Of a stretch of 64,000 nt of DNA, positions 1 through 9,235 are shown one piece after another. The notes under the pieces are model-generated. The model was not told the origin of the DNA and did no database searches. It saw only the letters and a list, made by a program, of their open reading frames with translations. The position numbers and the translations under genes are program-made. Location: the NCBI GenBank assembly GCA_963710645.1, contig CAVQBD010000009.1, positions 1,551,199-1,615,198 on the forward strand. The letters are read 5' to 3'. Within the stretch, counting starts at the first letter, position 1, and every line of letters begins with the position of its first letter. The DNA is from an uncultured Holophagae bacterium (GTDB lineage Bacteria; Acidobacteriota; Thermoanaerobaculia; Thermoanaerobaculales; Sulfomarinibacteraceae).

Positions 1-1320
1 GACACGGGAGAGATGAACCTGGCCGGCGACATGATTCGACCGGAAAGCCCAATGGAGGCTTCGCGATTGGGTTTGGTCATGATCCACCAGGAGCTCAACC
101 TCGTGCCGGGTCTTTCGGTGGCGGAGAATATCTTCCTGGGTCACGAGTTGTGCCGCTGCTCCTTGATGCGGACCCGACCCATGCGCAAGACATCGGAAGA
201 ACTGCTGCACCGGCTGGGCTGCCATATTGATCCCGACGCTCCGGTGGCCTTGCTTTCTGTGGCGGAGCAACAGTTGGTGGAGATCGCTCGTGCCCTGAGG
301 GAAGAAGCTCGGGTGCTGGTGATGGACGAGCCCACCGCGGCCCTTTCCGACGCCGAGATCGAGGCTCTTTTCGACGTGATCAGATCCATCTGCCGAGACG
401 GCGTCCCGGTCATCTACATTTCTCATCGGATGAAGGAGATCTTTGCCATCGGAGACCGGGTCACGGTGATGCGGGACGGCCGTACCGTGGGAACCCGATC
501 GGTGGAGGCAACCGACGTTGGCGAGCTTGTTCGGCTGATGGTGGGCCGCACCATCGACGAACAGATCGCCAAGCGCCAGGTGCCCATCGGCGACACTGTG
601 CTGGAGGTCCGTGGGCTGGGCCGCGACGGTGTGCTCTCGCCGGTGGATCTCGCCGTGCGGTCGGGAGAGATCGTCGGTGTCGCCGGGCTCATGGGTTCAG
701 GGCGAACCGAGCTGGCCCGCGCCATTTTCGGCGCCGATCCCATCGACTCCGGGTCGGTCACGGTGGCCGACACGACCATGTTCCATCCGACGCCTTCGGC
801 GTCCATCGCCGCGGGTCTCGGATTCCTCACCGAGGACCGCAAACAACAGGGTCTCGTGCTGTTGTGCTCGGTGACCGAGAACATCACCCTGACGAGCCTC
901 GACGATGTGTCGCACTTCGGTGTGCTGGATCTCGGCGCGGAGGCCCGGCGCGCGGAGGTCCTGGTTCAGAAGCTAGGGATTCGTGCGGCCTCCCTGGATC
1001 AGGAGGTGGTGAACCTGTCCGGGGGCAACCAGCAGAAAGTCGTGCTGGCCCGGTGGCTGGCGGCCCAATGCCGTGTGCTGCTCTTCGATGAGCCCACCCG
1101 CGGCATCGACGTGGCCGGCAAGGCCGAGATCTACGAGCTGATCGGCGAGTTGGTCGAGCAGGGTGTGGCGGTGCTGCTGATCTCCAGCGAGATGCCCGAG
1201 TTACTGGGTCTTTCCGACCGAATCGCCGTTATGCACGAGGGCGCCCTCCAGGGTGTGCTGCCCCGTTCGGATCTGACCCAGGAGCGGGTGATGGCTCTCG
1301 CCCTGGGTGAGACATCCTAA
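1..1320 (+). CDS. Sugar-type ABC transporter ATP-binding protein with two nucleotide-binding domains. The 5' end is cut by the window edge.
   Basis: Track ORF 13..1320, frame open to position 1. NBD1 signature-like LSVAEQQ and Walker B VLVMDEPTAAL. NBD2 Walker A GLMGSGRTE, signature LSGGNQQK, Walker B LLFDEPTRGID. RbsA/MglA-like layout. Confidence 0.85.
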   Translation, partial: DTGEMNLAGDMIRPESPMEASRLGLVMIHQELNLVPGLSVAENIFLGHELCRCSLMRTRPMRKTSEELLHRLGCHIDPDAPVALLSVAEQQLVEIARALREEARVLVMDEPTAALSDAEIEALFDVIRSICRDGVPVIYISHRMKEIFAIGDRVTVMRDGRTVGTRSVEATDVGELVRLMVGRTIDEQIAKRQVPIGDTVLEVRGLGRDGVLSPVDLAVRSGEIVGVAGLMGSGRTELARAIFGADPIDSGSVTVADTTMFHPTPSASIAAGLGFLTEDRKQQGLVLLCSVTENITLTSLDDVSHFGVLDLGAEARRAEVLVQKLGIRAASLDQEVVNLSGGNQQKVVLARWLAAQCRVLLFDEPTRGIDVAGKAEIYELIGELVEQGVAVLLISSEMPELLGLSDRIAVMHEGALQGVLPRSDLTQERVMALALGETS

Positions 1321-1934
1321 CGATCTGACAGCACTCCCAACCGGTCCAGCCGTTCTTCGAGTTCGACGATCCCGTCGGTCAGAAAGGCCGTCAGACCCGC
1401 CCGTTGGGCCGCCTCCACGTTAACGGCCGTGTCGTCAAAAAAGCAGACCCGACTCGCGTCCACCGCGAGCTTCTGAACCACATGGTCGAAGATCTCGGCC
1501 TCGGGTTTGACCGATCCGATCTCGTTCGAGAAGAAACAGCGCTCGATAAATGGACTGATGGCCTCACTGTGCAGCGGGGTGTGGAGCTCGTTCGAGTTGC
1601 TGAGGCAGGCGAGCCGGTAGTCCTTACGGATGCGACCGAGGAGCTGCCCCGCACCGGGATAGAGACCGCGCGCCCAGCCTGTGAAGAGGTCGAGGAATGC
1701 GTCGGGGGACATGGTCAGATTCCACTCGGTGAGGGAGCCTTCCGCGAACTGCCGCGGCGTCATCTCGCCGCGTTCGAAGAGGCGAACGGACTCCGAGCTG
1801 ATCCAACGCTGGCGGACCACCGTGCGGGGCAGCGGTTTTGAAAGCAACGGGCCCATTTCCTCGAACCCGGCAAAATCGATCAAAACTCCCCCGAGATCGA
1901 AGAGCAGGACGTCAAAGAGATGATGATTGGTCAC
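1317..1934 (-). CDS. HAD-superfamily hydrolase (subfamily IA-like phosphatase)
   Basis: 205 aa. N-terminal LLFDLGGVLIDF (HAD motif I variant) and C-terminal CFFDDTAVNVEAA (motif IV). Its start overlaps the stop of the phytase gene, suggesting translational coupling. Confidence 0.75.
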   Translation of the reverse strand: MTNHHLFDVLLFDLGGVLIDFAGFEEMGPLLSKPLPRTVVRQRWISSESVRLFERGEMTPRQFAEGSLTEWNLTMSPDAFLDLFTGWARGLYPGAGQLLGRIRKDYRLACLSNSNELHTPLHSEAISPFIERCFFSNEIGSVKPEAEIFDHVVQKLAVDASRVCFFDDTAVNVEAAQRAGLTAFLTDGIVELEERLDRLGVLSDR

Positions 1935-3127
1935 GACTCCGGGATCACTCCATTGGGAGCCTTGACGAGATCGTCACCGGCGATGTCGTCCCACGAATAG
2001 AGCTGGAAGGTCCCGTCGTCCGACATGGCGACGAAGATGCCCGACGGGAACCGATCGTCGAGGACCGCCGAGGTGACCTCAGACCCGTCGCTCTCGTTGG
2101 TGGAAGTCCGCACCACCTTGACGAGCCGGTGGTCGTGCGGATCGCCGGGTTCTCCCTCACGTGTGAAGATCCGGAACGCGTTGCCCTGCTGGTCTGAGAC
2201 CAGGATGTAGCCCGTTCCGTCGTTGATCGTGTAGATCGAAATTCCCTCGCGTTGATCGGCGAAGCCATCTGTGCCGAAGATCGCGAGCTCGACGTTCGCA
2301 TCCGGGTGATCGGGGTCCGCGTGGTACTTCCTGACCCCTGCCAGCTCGTCCGAGTAGTAGACGTAGCCGAGGGAGTCGTCGATGGCCACCGATTCGATCT
2401 CGCCGAGTTCGGGCACGCCCTCGTCCATGCTGGTTGCATCGCTGAACGTCCCGAACTCGCGCACCTTGCGTCCCACAACGTGTCCGCCACCGTCATCCTC
2501 GAGCCGGTACTGCCAGAGGTAGGCCCCGGAGGGTCCGGTCTTGCGGCTGACGACTGCAAACACGGCGCTATCGGAGGGACGCTTGTAGAGCGCGATCCCC
2601 ATCGGCAGACGAAGCTCGGGAGCCTCTCCCTCGAAAACCGGGATTCCGCCGTTGTCGATCAAGGTCATCTCAGGCAGACGGAAGACTCGCAGGGTGTTTT
2701 TCGGGCGTTCGGTGGCGACGGCGATGTCGATCGTCTCGCCACCGAGGTTGAAGCCGTACTCGACGTCGATGTTGTTCATCCGCTCGAGGCCGCTGACGGA
2801 TCTTTCGGGGAGGATCCTGCCTTCGAGGTCGAAGACGAAAATCGCCCCGGCCTTGTCGGTGCCGAGGATGAGGCTCTTGCTCGGGTCATCCGGATTCAGC
2901 CAGATGGCGGGATCATCGGAGTCCCTGAGGACCTCTTCAGTCACCACCACCGGTGTGATCACTGGCCCCGGGCTCAGGTTGGTCGGGGCCGGATCGGGCT
3001 CCGTGGTCACAGGTGGTGTGTCGGGCGCGCAGGAGATAAGGCTGAAAGCCATTAGTGCGACGACACACGCAAAGATCAGGTTGCCAATGGATTCGAGTTG
3101 GGTGTGGAATCGGAGTGATCTTTTCAC
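1931..3127 (-). CDS. Beta-propeller phytase (3-phytase, BPP family), lipoprotein
   Basis: 398 aa. Signal peptide with lipobox-like LISCAP. DDPAIWLNPDDPSKSLILGTDK, NNIDVEYGF..IDIAVATER and GYILVSDQQGNAFRIF resemble Bacillus PhyC-type BPP blocks. Confidence 0.85.
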   Translation of the reverse strand: MKRSLRFHTQLESIGNLIFACVVALMAFSLISCAPDTPPVTTEPDPAPTNLSPGPVITPVVVTEEVLRDSDDPAIWLNPDDPSKSLILGTDKAGAIFVFDLEGRILPERSVSGLERMNNIDVEYGFNLGGETIDIAVATERPKNTLRVFRLPEMTLIDNGGIPVFEGEAPELRLPMGIALYKRPSDSAVFAVVSRKTGPSGAYLWQYRLEDDGGGHVVGRKVREFGTFSDATSMDEGVPELGEIESVAIDDSLGYVYYSDELAGVRKYHADPDHPDANVELAIFGTDGFADQREGISIYTINDGTGYILVSDQQGNAFRIFTREGEPGDPHDHRLVKVVRTSTNESDGSEVTSAVLDDRFPSGIFVAMSDDGTFQLYSWDDIAGDDLVKAPNGVIPES

Positions 3128-3186
3128 GGGGTTCCTCCTGTGCTTTGAGTCTTGGATGCGTCAGAGTCCGGCATGGTTCATAGCCC

Positions 3187-4260
3187 TCAGTTTTTGGGCT
3201 GGTTGTCTGGCGGCGGCGGGGCGGTTGTGGACCGCACCACCAGGCTGGGTGCCACGACCTCGTGGCGGGGCGTGGTCCGCCCCTCGTGAATACGTTCGAA
3301 CAAAAGATCCATGGCTTTTCGCCCCATGTCCTCTCCGGGCTGGTGAATGCTGGTCAGCGAGACGTGACGCAGGGCGGCCAACGAAGTGTTGTCGTAGCCG
3401 ACCAGAGAGACATCTCGGGGAATCTCCAAACCCGCCTCCTCGAGGGCGTTGAGGATGCCGATGGCGCACAGATCGTTGGCTGCGATGATGGCCGTGGGCA
3501 GCATCTGCTGTTCGAGAAGAACCTGTCCACCCCGGTAGCCACCAGATTCGGTGAACCCGCCTTCGACAATGGTCATGTGGTCGGTCAGGCCATGACGACC
3601 CATGGCCCGCTCGTACCCTGTGCGGCGTCTGCGCGCCGCCTCACTCTCACGCCCGGCCACGTGTGCGATGGCGCGGTGGCCGAGGTCCACGCAATGATCC
3701 ACCGCGATCTCGGCACCCATCTCGTTGTCGATGGTGAGGCTGTCGGTAAATTCGTCCGAGGTCCGCCGGCCGAGCACGACCACCGGCACGGCTGGCGCGG
3801 CATGTTCGATCGTGGCGTCATCGATTCTCGAGGTTGCCAGGACCAGCCCGTCGACTCTGAGTTCGAGGAAGCTCTCGATGGCCTCGGTCTCCAGATCCCG
3901 TCGGCGGTCGCTGGTGTTGATCAGGGCCTTGTAACCGAGCCCCGCGGCTTCGTTGAGGATCCCGGAGATGACATCGCCGTTGAAAGGGTTGCGAAGGTCC
4001 GACACCACCACACCGATGATCCTCGTCCGGCGCTGGACCAGACCCCGGGCCATGGCGTTTGGGCGGTAGTCCAGGTCGGTGATGGCCTGGAGAACCGCTT
4101 CCCGTCGGATACCGCTGACCCTATCGTCGCCGCGGATCACCATGGACACGAGGGATTTGGATACACCGGCTCGGTCGGCGACGTCGAGAATTGTCGGTTT
4201 GCGTCGCCGAATTGAGATTTTGGTGCTTTTTCTTGGTGGTGCCACTTGACTTCGGTCCAT
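3187..4260 (-). CDS. LacI-family transcriptional repressor
   Basis: 357 aa. N-terminal HTH TILDVADRAGVSKSLVSMVIRG followed by a periplasmic-binding-protein-like sugar-binding core. Divergent from the TonB-receptor operon. Confidence 0.9.
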   Translation of the reverse strand: MDRSQVAPPRKSTKISIRRRKPTILDVADRAGVSKSLVSMVIRGDDRVSGIRREAVLQAITDLDYRPNAMARGLVQRRTRIIGVVVSDLRNPFNGDVISGILNEAAGLGYKALINTSDRRRDLETEAIESFLELRVDGLVLATSRIDDATIEHAAPAVPVVVLGRRTSDEFTDSLTIDNEMGAEIAVDHCVDLGHRAIAHVAGRESEAARRRRTGYERAMGRHGLTDHMTIVEGGFTESGGYRGGQVLLEQQMLPTAIIAANDLCAIGILNALEEAGLEIPRDVSLVGYDNTSLAALRHVSLTSIHQPGEDMGRKAMDLLFERIHEGRTTPRHEVVAPSLVVRSTTAPPPPDNQPKN

Positions 4261-4274
4261 TCCGTGGATAGATT
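4246..4274 (+). promoter_or_regulatory. Candidate sigma70-type promoter of the TonB-receptor operon
   Basis: TTGACT (4246-4251), 17-nt spacer, TAGATT (4269-4274). The first LacI-type palindrome starts 6 nt downstream, about where the transcription start would be. Confidence 0.35.
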
Positions 4275-4279
4275 CGTAA

Positions 4280-4291
4280 TGGAACGTTCCA
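4280..4291. promoter_or_regulatory. Candidate LacI-family operator O1 (perfect palindrome TGGAACGTTCCA)
   Basis: 12-bp perfect palindrome with central CG. The identical 14-mer ATGGAACGTTCCAA occurs three times in the 233-bp LacI/TBDR intergenic region. Confidence 0.6.
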
Positions 4292-4323
4292 ATTGTATCT
4301 CAAGAAGAACGCTCTTGGCAAGA

Positions 4324-4335
4324 TGGAACGTTCCA
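4324..4335. promoter_or_regulatory. Candidate LacI-family operator O2 (TGGAACGTTCCA)
   Basis: Second identical copy, 44 bp centre-to-centre from O1. Confidence 0.6.
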
Positions 4336-4404
4336 AGGTCAATCAGAAAGGACAACAGTAATGAGATCATCCGACCCAGGGGTTTCATGTTTTCCCTCGG
4401 GGGA

Positions 4405-4416
4405 TGGAACGTTCCA
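4405..4416. promoter_or_regulatory. Candidate LacI-family operator O3 (TGGAACGTTCCA)
   Basis: Third identical copy, 81 bp centre-to-centre from O2. Confidence 0.6.
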
Positions 4417-4492
4417 ACGATCGGTTTGGGGGATCGGTCGTGCGAACTGAACGGCCCGGTTTGGGCCATGAACCAAGGAGAGGGAGGTAGCA

Positions 4493-7192
4493 ATGACGTC
4501 ACATCGTTTCACCCGATACAGGACAGTCTCAACCTTCACACTCGTGATGGCTCTGGTGTCGATCACTGCGGTGGCGCAGGACGGGACCGGGGTCATCACC
4601 GGAACGGTGACTGGATCTGCGGGCAATGCCATTGAGAGCTGTCGGGTCACCATTGAGGACATGAACAGGGAAGCCACCACCGGGATGGACGGCACATACC
4701 GGTTGGCTCCGGTACCGGCAGGAGAGAGAACCCTGGTCTTCAGTTTTCTCGGGCTGCAACCGGGAACCGCCACGGTGACGGTTGTGGCGGGTGAGACCGT
4801 CAACCTGGACATGACCCTTCTCTACGGTGGTGAGATCGAGGTTCGTGGATCACCGTTGCTGGTCGGGCAGGCAAAAGCGCTCAACCAGCAAAAGAACGCC
4901 ATCAATATCTCGAACATCGTGGCCGCCGACCAGATCGGCCGCTTCCCCGACAAGAATGCCTCCGAGGCGACCCAGCGAGTGCCCGGTGTCAGTCTGGCGC
5001 GCGACATGGGTGAGGGCCGTTACGTCATCATCCGCGGCACCGAGGCCAGGCTCAACTCGACCACGGTCAACGGCGAGCGGATTCCGTCGCCGGAAGCGGG
5101 CGTCCGGAACGTCGCCCTCGACACCATCCCGGCTGATCTCCTGGGCTCGATCGTGGTTTCGAAGGCCCTGAGACCGGACATGGACGGCGACTCCATCGGC
5201 GGCACCGTCGATCTGGTGACCATGAGGGCTCCCGAAGAGACTCGGGTGTCGGCCGCCCTTGGTTTTGGCTACAGCGAGCTGATGGAAGAAACAGCCCCCA
5301 CCGGCACTGCCACCTTCGGGACTCGATTCGGACCCGATTCGAAGTGGGGTGTGCTGGTATCGGGAAGTTATAGCGACACCAAGCGTGGGGCCGACAACAT
5401 CGAGCCGGCGTACGACGACGGCGAACTCGAAGAACTCGAGATGCGCGATTACACCACCGAGCGTCAGCGGTCCGGCATCACAGCCGACCTCGACTACCGG
5501 GCAAACGCCCGCTCGAACTACTATCTCCGCGGTCTTTGGACCAACTACGTCGACGATGAAATCCGGCGCGCCAAGACCAACAAGGTTGCCGATGAGGAAC
5601 TCGAGCGATCGCTCAAGGACCGCAAGCAGGAGTCCTACATCAACTCCATTTCCTTCGGCGGCGAGAACAACATCGGTGAGGCCTTCGTCCTCGACTACCG
5701 CGTGATGTACAACAAATCACAAGAAGAAACCGACCACCAGTACACCTCGGCCTTCGAGATGGGAGACGTGATCTTTGATACCAACGTCAGTCCCGATTCC
5801 ATCGACCCGAACAACATTCAGGCCAATCCGCTAAACGAGGATCCCGCCGATTTCTGGTTCGCGGACATCGAGGACCTGAGCAAGCAAGCCCACGAGGAGG
5901 ACTTTGTCCTCGCCGCCAACCTCACCAAGGGCTTCTACAAAAACGCAGGTTTCAGCGGGCTTTGGAAGGTGGGCGCGAAGTACCGGACCAAGAACAAAGA
6001 CCAAAACTACGACGTCTACGACCTCGAGGCGGATGACGACTTGAACATGGTTCCGTTTCTGGACGACTGGAACTCCGAGACCCCGTTCTTCAACGGGATC
6101 TATGGTGATCAAATTTTCCCGTTCCAGGACCCCGATCTCATGAGGGAGCTCGGCGCGAGCGGGCTCCTGGAATCCGAGAGAAATCTGGAGGAGGATCTCG
6201 CCGACTTCGATATCACCGAGGACACCCTGGCCGCCTATGCCCTGGGCGAATTCCTCTTCGGCGCGAAATCCACCTTCATGGGTGGCGTTCGAGTGGAGAG
6301 CACGTCGGATGACTACATGGCCTACGAGCTGATCCTGGATGAAGAAGGAGACGCGGTGTCGCTGTTGCCGGTTTATGGCGACAAGAGTTGGACCGAGTGG
6401 CTGCCCCAGTTCCACTTCATCTACAAGACCGGAAACGACTCTCAGCTCCGCGCCGCCATCACCCGCAGTCTGGCCCGGCCAAACTTCGAGGACATGGCCC
6501 CGTGGCGGCTGACCAACCTGGAGGACCGTGAAGTCGAACTCGGCAATCCCGATCTGGATGTCACCACCGCCTGGAACCTCGATCTCATGTGGGAGAAGTA
6601 CCTGCAACCGGTGGGCATCCTCTCGGCTGGGGTCTTCTACAAAGACCTGACCGACTACATCTACATCTTCCAGGTCGATGACGTCATCGAAGGCGAAGAT
6701 GTGGAAATCACCCAGCCGCGAAACGGCGACAAGGGCACCTTGGCGGGCCTCGAGTTCGCCTTCCAAAACCAGTTCACAAACTGGGATGGATTCTGGGGAG
6801 GATTTGGTCTCTACCTCAACTACACCTACGTCGACTCCGACGCCAAGTACCCGGACCGTGAGTCTACCTCGCTGCCCGGGCAGTCGGAACACGTGGGCAA
6901 CCTCGCGCTGGTCTACGAGAAGTACGGCATCACCACCCGGCTGGCATACAACTACAACGGCAAACAGCTGATTGAGGTTGGCGGGGACGCCGACGAGGAT
7001 ATTTATGTCGACGACCACGGCCAGCTCGACTTCATGTTCCGTATCCAGGTCGCGAAGAGGTTCAGCATCATCGCCGAGATCATCAACATCACCGACGAGC
7101 CGTACACCGCCTATGAAGGCACCCCGGACCGGATCCGCCAGCAGGAGTACTACAGCTGGTGGGCGACGCTCGGCGTGAGGTTCGACCTTTAG
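4493..7192 (+). CDS. TonB-dependent outer-membrane receptor with N-terminal carboxypeptidase-regulatory-like domain
   Basis: 899 aa. Signal peptide, CarbopepD_reg-like GVITGTVTG...GTYRLAPVPAGERTLVFSFLG, plug region (NISNIVAADQIGRFPDKNASEA) and long beta-barrel ending ...TLGVRFDL. Strong SD GGAGAGGGAGG upstream. Confidence 0.9.
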   Translation: MTSHRFTRYRTVSTFTLVMALVSITAVAQDGTGVITGTVTGSAGNAIESCRVTIEDMNREATTGMDGTYRLAPVPAGERTLVFSFLGLQPGTATVTVVAGETVNLDMTLLYGGEIEVRGSPLLVGQAKALNQQKNAINISNIVAADQIGRFPDKNASEATQRVPGVSLARDMGEGRYVIIRGTEARLNSTTVNGERIPSPEAGVRNVALDTIPADLLGSIVVSKALRPDMDGDSIGGTVDLVTMRAPEETRVSAALGFGYSELMEETAPTGTATFGTRFGPDSKWGVLVSGSYSDTKRGADNIEPAYDDGELEELEMRDYTTERQRSGITADLDYRANARSNYYLRGLWTNYVDDEIRRAKTNKVADEELERSLKDRKQESYINSISFGGENNIGEAFVLDYRVMYNKSQEETDHQYTSAFEMGDVIFDTNVSPDSIDPNNIQANPLNEDPADFWFADIEDLSKQAHEEDFVLAANLTKGFYKNAGFSGLWKVGAKYRTKNKDQNYDVYDLEADDDLNMVPFLDDWNSETPFFNGIYGDQIFPFQDPDLMRELGASGLLESERNLEEDLADFDITEDTLAAYALGEFLFGAKSTFMGGVRVESTSDDYMAYELILDEEGDAVSLLPVYGDKSWTEWLPQFHFIYKTGNDSQLRAAITRSLARPNFEDMAPWRLTNLEDREVELGNPDLDVTTAWNLDLMWEKYLQPVGILSAGVFYKDLTDYIYIFQVDDVIEGEDVEITQPRNGDKGTLAGLEFAFQNQFTNWDGFWGGFGLYLNYTYVDSDAKYPDRESTSLPGQSEHVGNLALVYEKYGITTRLAYNYNGKQLIEVGGDADEDIYVDDHGQLDFMFRIQVAKRFSIIAEIINITDEPYTAYEGTPDRIRQQEYYSWWATLGVRFDL

Positions 7193-7208
7193 GGAAACGA
7201 GAAACATC

Positions 7209-8240
7209 ATGAAGGACGTGATCGTCGGCGTTGTCGGCATCGGTCGAATCGGCCGGATGCACGTGTACAACTTGGTGCACCGGATCCCATGGGCCCGGGT
7301 GAAGGCGGTGGCCAGCCCGCATATCGACGTGGACTGGGCTCGTCAAATGGACATCCCCGTGGCCACCACGGATGCCGATGCGCTGTTTCACGATCCTGAA
7401 ATTCAGGCAATCGTCATTGCTTCCCCCTCGGGGCGGCACGTCGAGCTGATTCGGCGTGCCGCCCATTCGGGAAAGCACATCTATTGTGAAAAACCGGTCG
7501 CCTTCGAGGAGGAACCCATTCTCGAGGCGATGCAAGCCGTTGAGACCGCCGGGGTTCAGCTCCAGGTGGGTTTCAATCGCCGCTTCGACCCCAGCATCTG
7601 CCGGATGGCCGAAGCGGTCCGCGACGGAGCGGTGGGCTTGGTCGAGGGTGTACGGATCGTCAACCGCGATCCGTCCGCCCCGCCCATCGATTTTGTGCGG
7701 CGGTCCGGCGGCATGTTCTTCGATTTCACGATCCACGATTTCGACACGGCCAGGTTTCTGAGCGGCAGCGAGATCGAGGAGGTCTACGCGGCAGCGGCGG
7801 TGCTGATCGACCCGGAGATCGGCGCCGCCGGTGACATCGACACTGCGCTCTTGACCCTGCGGTTGGCCAACGGCGCCCTGTGCACCATCGACAACAGCCG
7901 CCAGACTAACTACGGCTATGACCAGCGGTTCGAGGTCTTCGGATCAAAGGGTAATCTGGTGGTGGACAATCTCCGACCCACCACCATGGAGGCCTTTCTG
8001 GAAGGCGGAGTTTTTGCAGACAAGCCCCTTCCCTCGTTTCCCGATCGATACCAGGACGCATTCGTCAGCGAGCTGGAGGCCTTCGTCGGCTGCGTAGCCG
8101 ATGGTTCGCCGGTGTCGGTCACGGCCGCCGACGCGCTGGCGTCGGTGCGGGCCGCAAAAGCGGCAAGGACCTCGATGTTGGAAAACAGACCGGTGCGGGT
8201 CGCATCTGTGACGACGACCGGGGAAGGGGTCGGCCGATGA
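7209..8240 (+). CDS. Gfo/Idh/MocA-family NAD(P) oxidoreductase, inositol 2-dehydrogenase-like (paralog 1)
   Basis: 343 aa. Rossmann start VGVVGIGRIGRMH and EKP motif (IYCEKPVA), in an inositol-pathway context. Confidence 0.8.
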   Translation: MKDVIVGVVGIGRIGRMHVYNLVHRIPWARVKAVASPHIDVDWARQMDIPVATTDADALFHDPEIQAIVIASPSGRHVELIRRAAHSGKHIYCEKPVAFEEEPILEAMQAVETAGVQLQVGFNRRFDPSICRMAEAVRDGAVGLVEGVRIVNRDPSAPPIDFVRRSGGMFFDFTIHDFDTARFLSGSEIEEVYAAAAVLIDPEIGAAGDIDTALLTLRLANGALCTIDNSRQTNYGYDQRFEVFGSKGNLVVDNLRPTTMEAFLEGGVFADKPLPSFPDRYQDAFVSELEAFVGCVADGSPVSVTAADALASVRAAKAARTSMLENRPVRVASVTTTGEGVGR

Positions 8241-9235
8241 AAGAGATCATCACCGGTGTTGTGGGGGCCGGCAGGATCGGCAAACTCCACGCCGACAATT
8301 TGGTTGCGATGCCAGGGATTCGACTGAAGGCCATCGCCGATCCGTTCATCGTCCCGGACGAGTGGACGAATCGTGGGATCGCGCCGATTCTCGATCCCGA
8401 AGAGGTGATCAACGATCCCGAGATCGAAGCCGTCCTCATCTGCTCGCCGACCCCGACCCATGCGGATTTCACCGAACAGGCGGCCGAGGCCGGTAAACAC
8501 ATCTTCTGCGAAAAGCCGATCGCGCTCGATCCCGAACGGGTCCGCGAAACGCTGCGGGTCGTGGAGAGAGCCGGGGTCACGCTCCAGGTGGGTTTCAATA
8601 GGCGTTTCGACCCCACCTTCGCCAGAGTCCGCAGGGCGGTGGCCGACGGCGAAATCGGCGACATCCACATCGTCAAGGTCATGGCGCGGGATCCGGCGCC
8701 ACCTCCGGCGGAGTATGTGGCGGCCTCGGGTGGGATGTTTCTCGACATGACCATCCACGACTTCGATATGGTTCGCTTTCTCTCCGGCAGCGAGGTGGAA
8801 GAGGTCCAGGCCTTCGGCACGGTTCTGGTCGACCCCGCCATCGGGGAGGCCGGCGATGTGGATACCGCGGTGCTGACGCTCAGGCTGGCCAACGGCGCCT
8901 TGGCGGTGATCGAAAACAGCCGCCGCGCGGTGTTTGGCTACGACCAGCGAGTGGAGGTCTTTGGGTCGAAGGGGGGCGTGGAGGCGTTCAACGAGTCACC
9001 GTGCCAGGTTCGGCGGCGCACCGCCGAGGGCGAGCGTGCGGAAAACCCGCTCTACTTCTTTCTGGAGAGATACCGCCAGTCGTTCATTGCGGAGCTGGAG
9101 GCCTTTTTCACCTGCATCAGGGAAGATTCCCCGCCTCCGGTCACCGGTCGGGATGGGCTGATCCCCCTCCTCATCGGTGTGGCGGCCAAGCGGTCGATGC
9201 GCGAAAACCGACCCATACGGGTCGAGGCGCCGTGA
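8237..9235 (+). CDS. Gfo/Idh/MocA-family oxidoreductase, inositol dehydrogenase-like (paralog 2)
   Basis: 332 aa. GVVGAGRIGKLH and IFCEKPIA. Clearly paralogous to the upstream gene. ATGA start/stop overlap. Confidence 0.8.
   Translation: MKEIITGVVGAGRIGKLHADNLVAMPGIRLKAIADPFIVPDEWTNRGIAPILDPEEVINDPEIEAVLICSPTPTHADFTEQAAEAGKHIFCEKPIALDPERVRETLRVVERAGVTLQVGFNRRFDPTFARVRRAVADGEIGDIHIVKVMARDPAPPPAEYVAASGGMFLDMTIHDFDMVRFLSGSEVEEVQAFGTVLVDPAIGEAGDVDTAVLTLRLANGALAVIENSRRAVFGYDQRVEVFGSKGGVEAFNESPCQVRRRTAEGERAENPLYFFLERYRQSFIAELEAFFTCIREDSPPPVTGRDGLIPLLIGVAAKRSMRENRPIRVEAP

Noticed and set aside
5831-7270. 479-aa minus-strand ORF.
- Similar long ORFs lie opposite clearly assignable genes: 11110-12651, 16787-17269, 17650-18444, 18922-19926, 21874-22605, 26469-27353, 27898-29004, 37419-38084, 39272-40018, 41363-42028, 44615-45451, 47909-48664, 50114-51328, 52328-53521, 53543-54355, 57416-58471 and 61982-63205.
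   Set aside because: - They are antisense to genes with strong family motifs (TBDR, Zn-ADH, UxaE-like, LarA-like, PhoD, DUF5916-like, glpD, carB, carA, MscS, kynU, MATE, acs, rSAM, GT-C, DEAD-box helicase).
- Their translations are low-complexity and rich in Arg, Gly, Pro, Val and His, as expected for stop-poor antisense frames in GC-rich DNA.
- No RBS or recognisable domain was seen.
9001-9231. N-terminal extensions of track ORFs.
- The MFS ORF extension at 9001-9231.
- Likewise carA 40298-40582, VOC 43972-44280, DEAD-box 63506-63718, SDR 24422-24592, glpK 24601-24666, rSAM 57857-57937 and the membrane protein 56231-56353.
   Set aside because: - The extensions overlap upstream genes or lie in repeat-rich intergenic DNA and have Arg/Pro-rich composition.
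- They lack homology-like motifs.
- Internal starts give canonical protein lengths, signal peptides or SD sequences.
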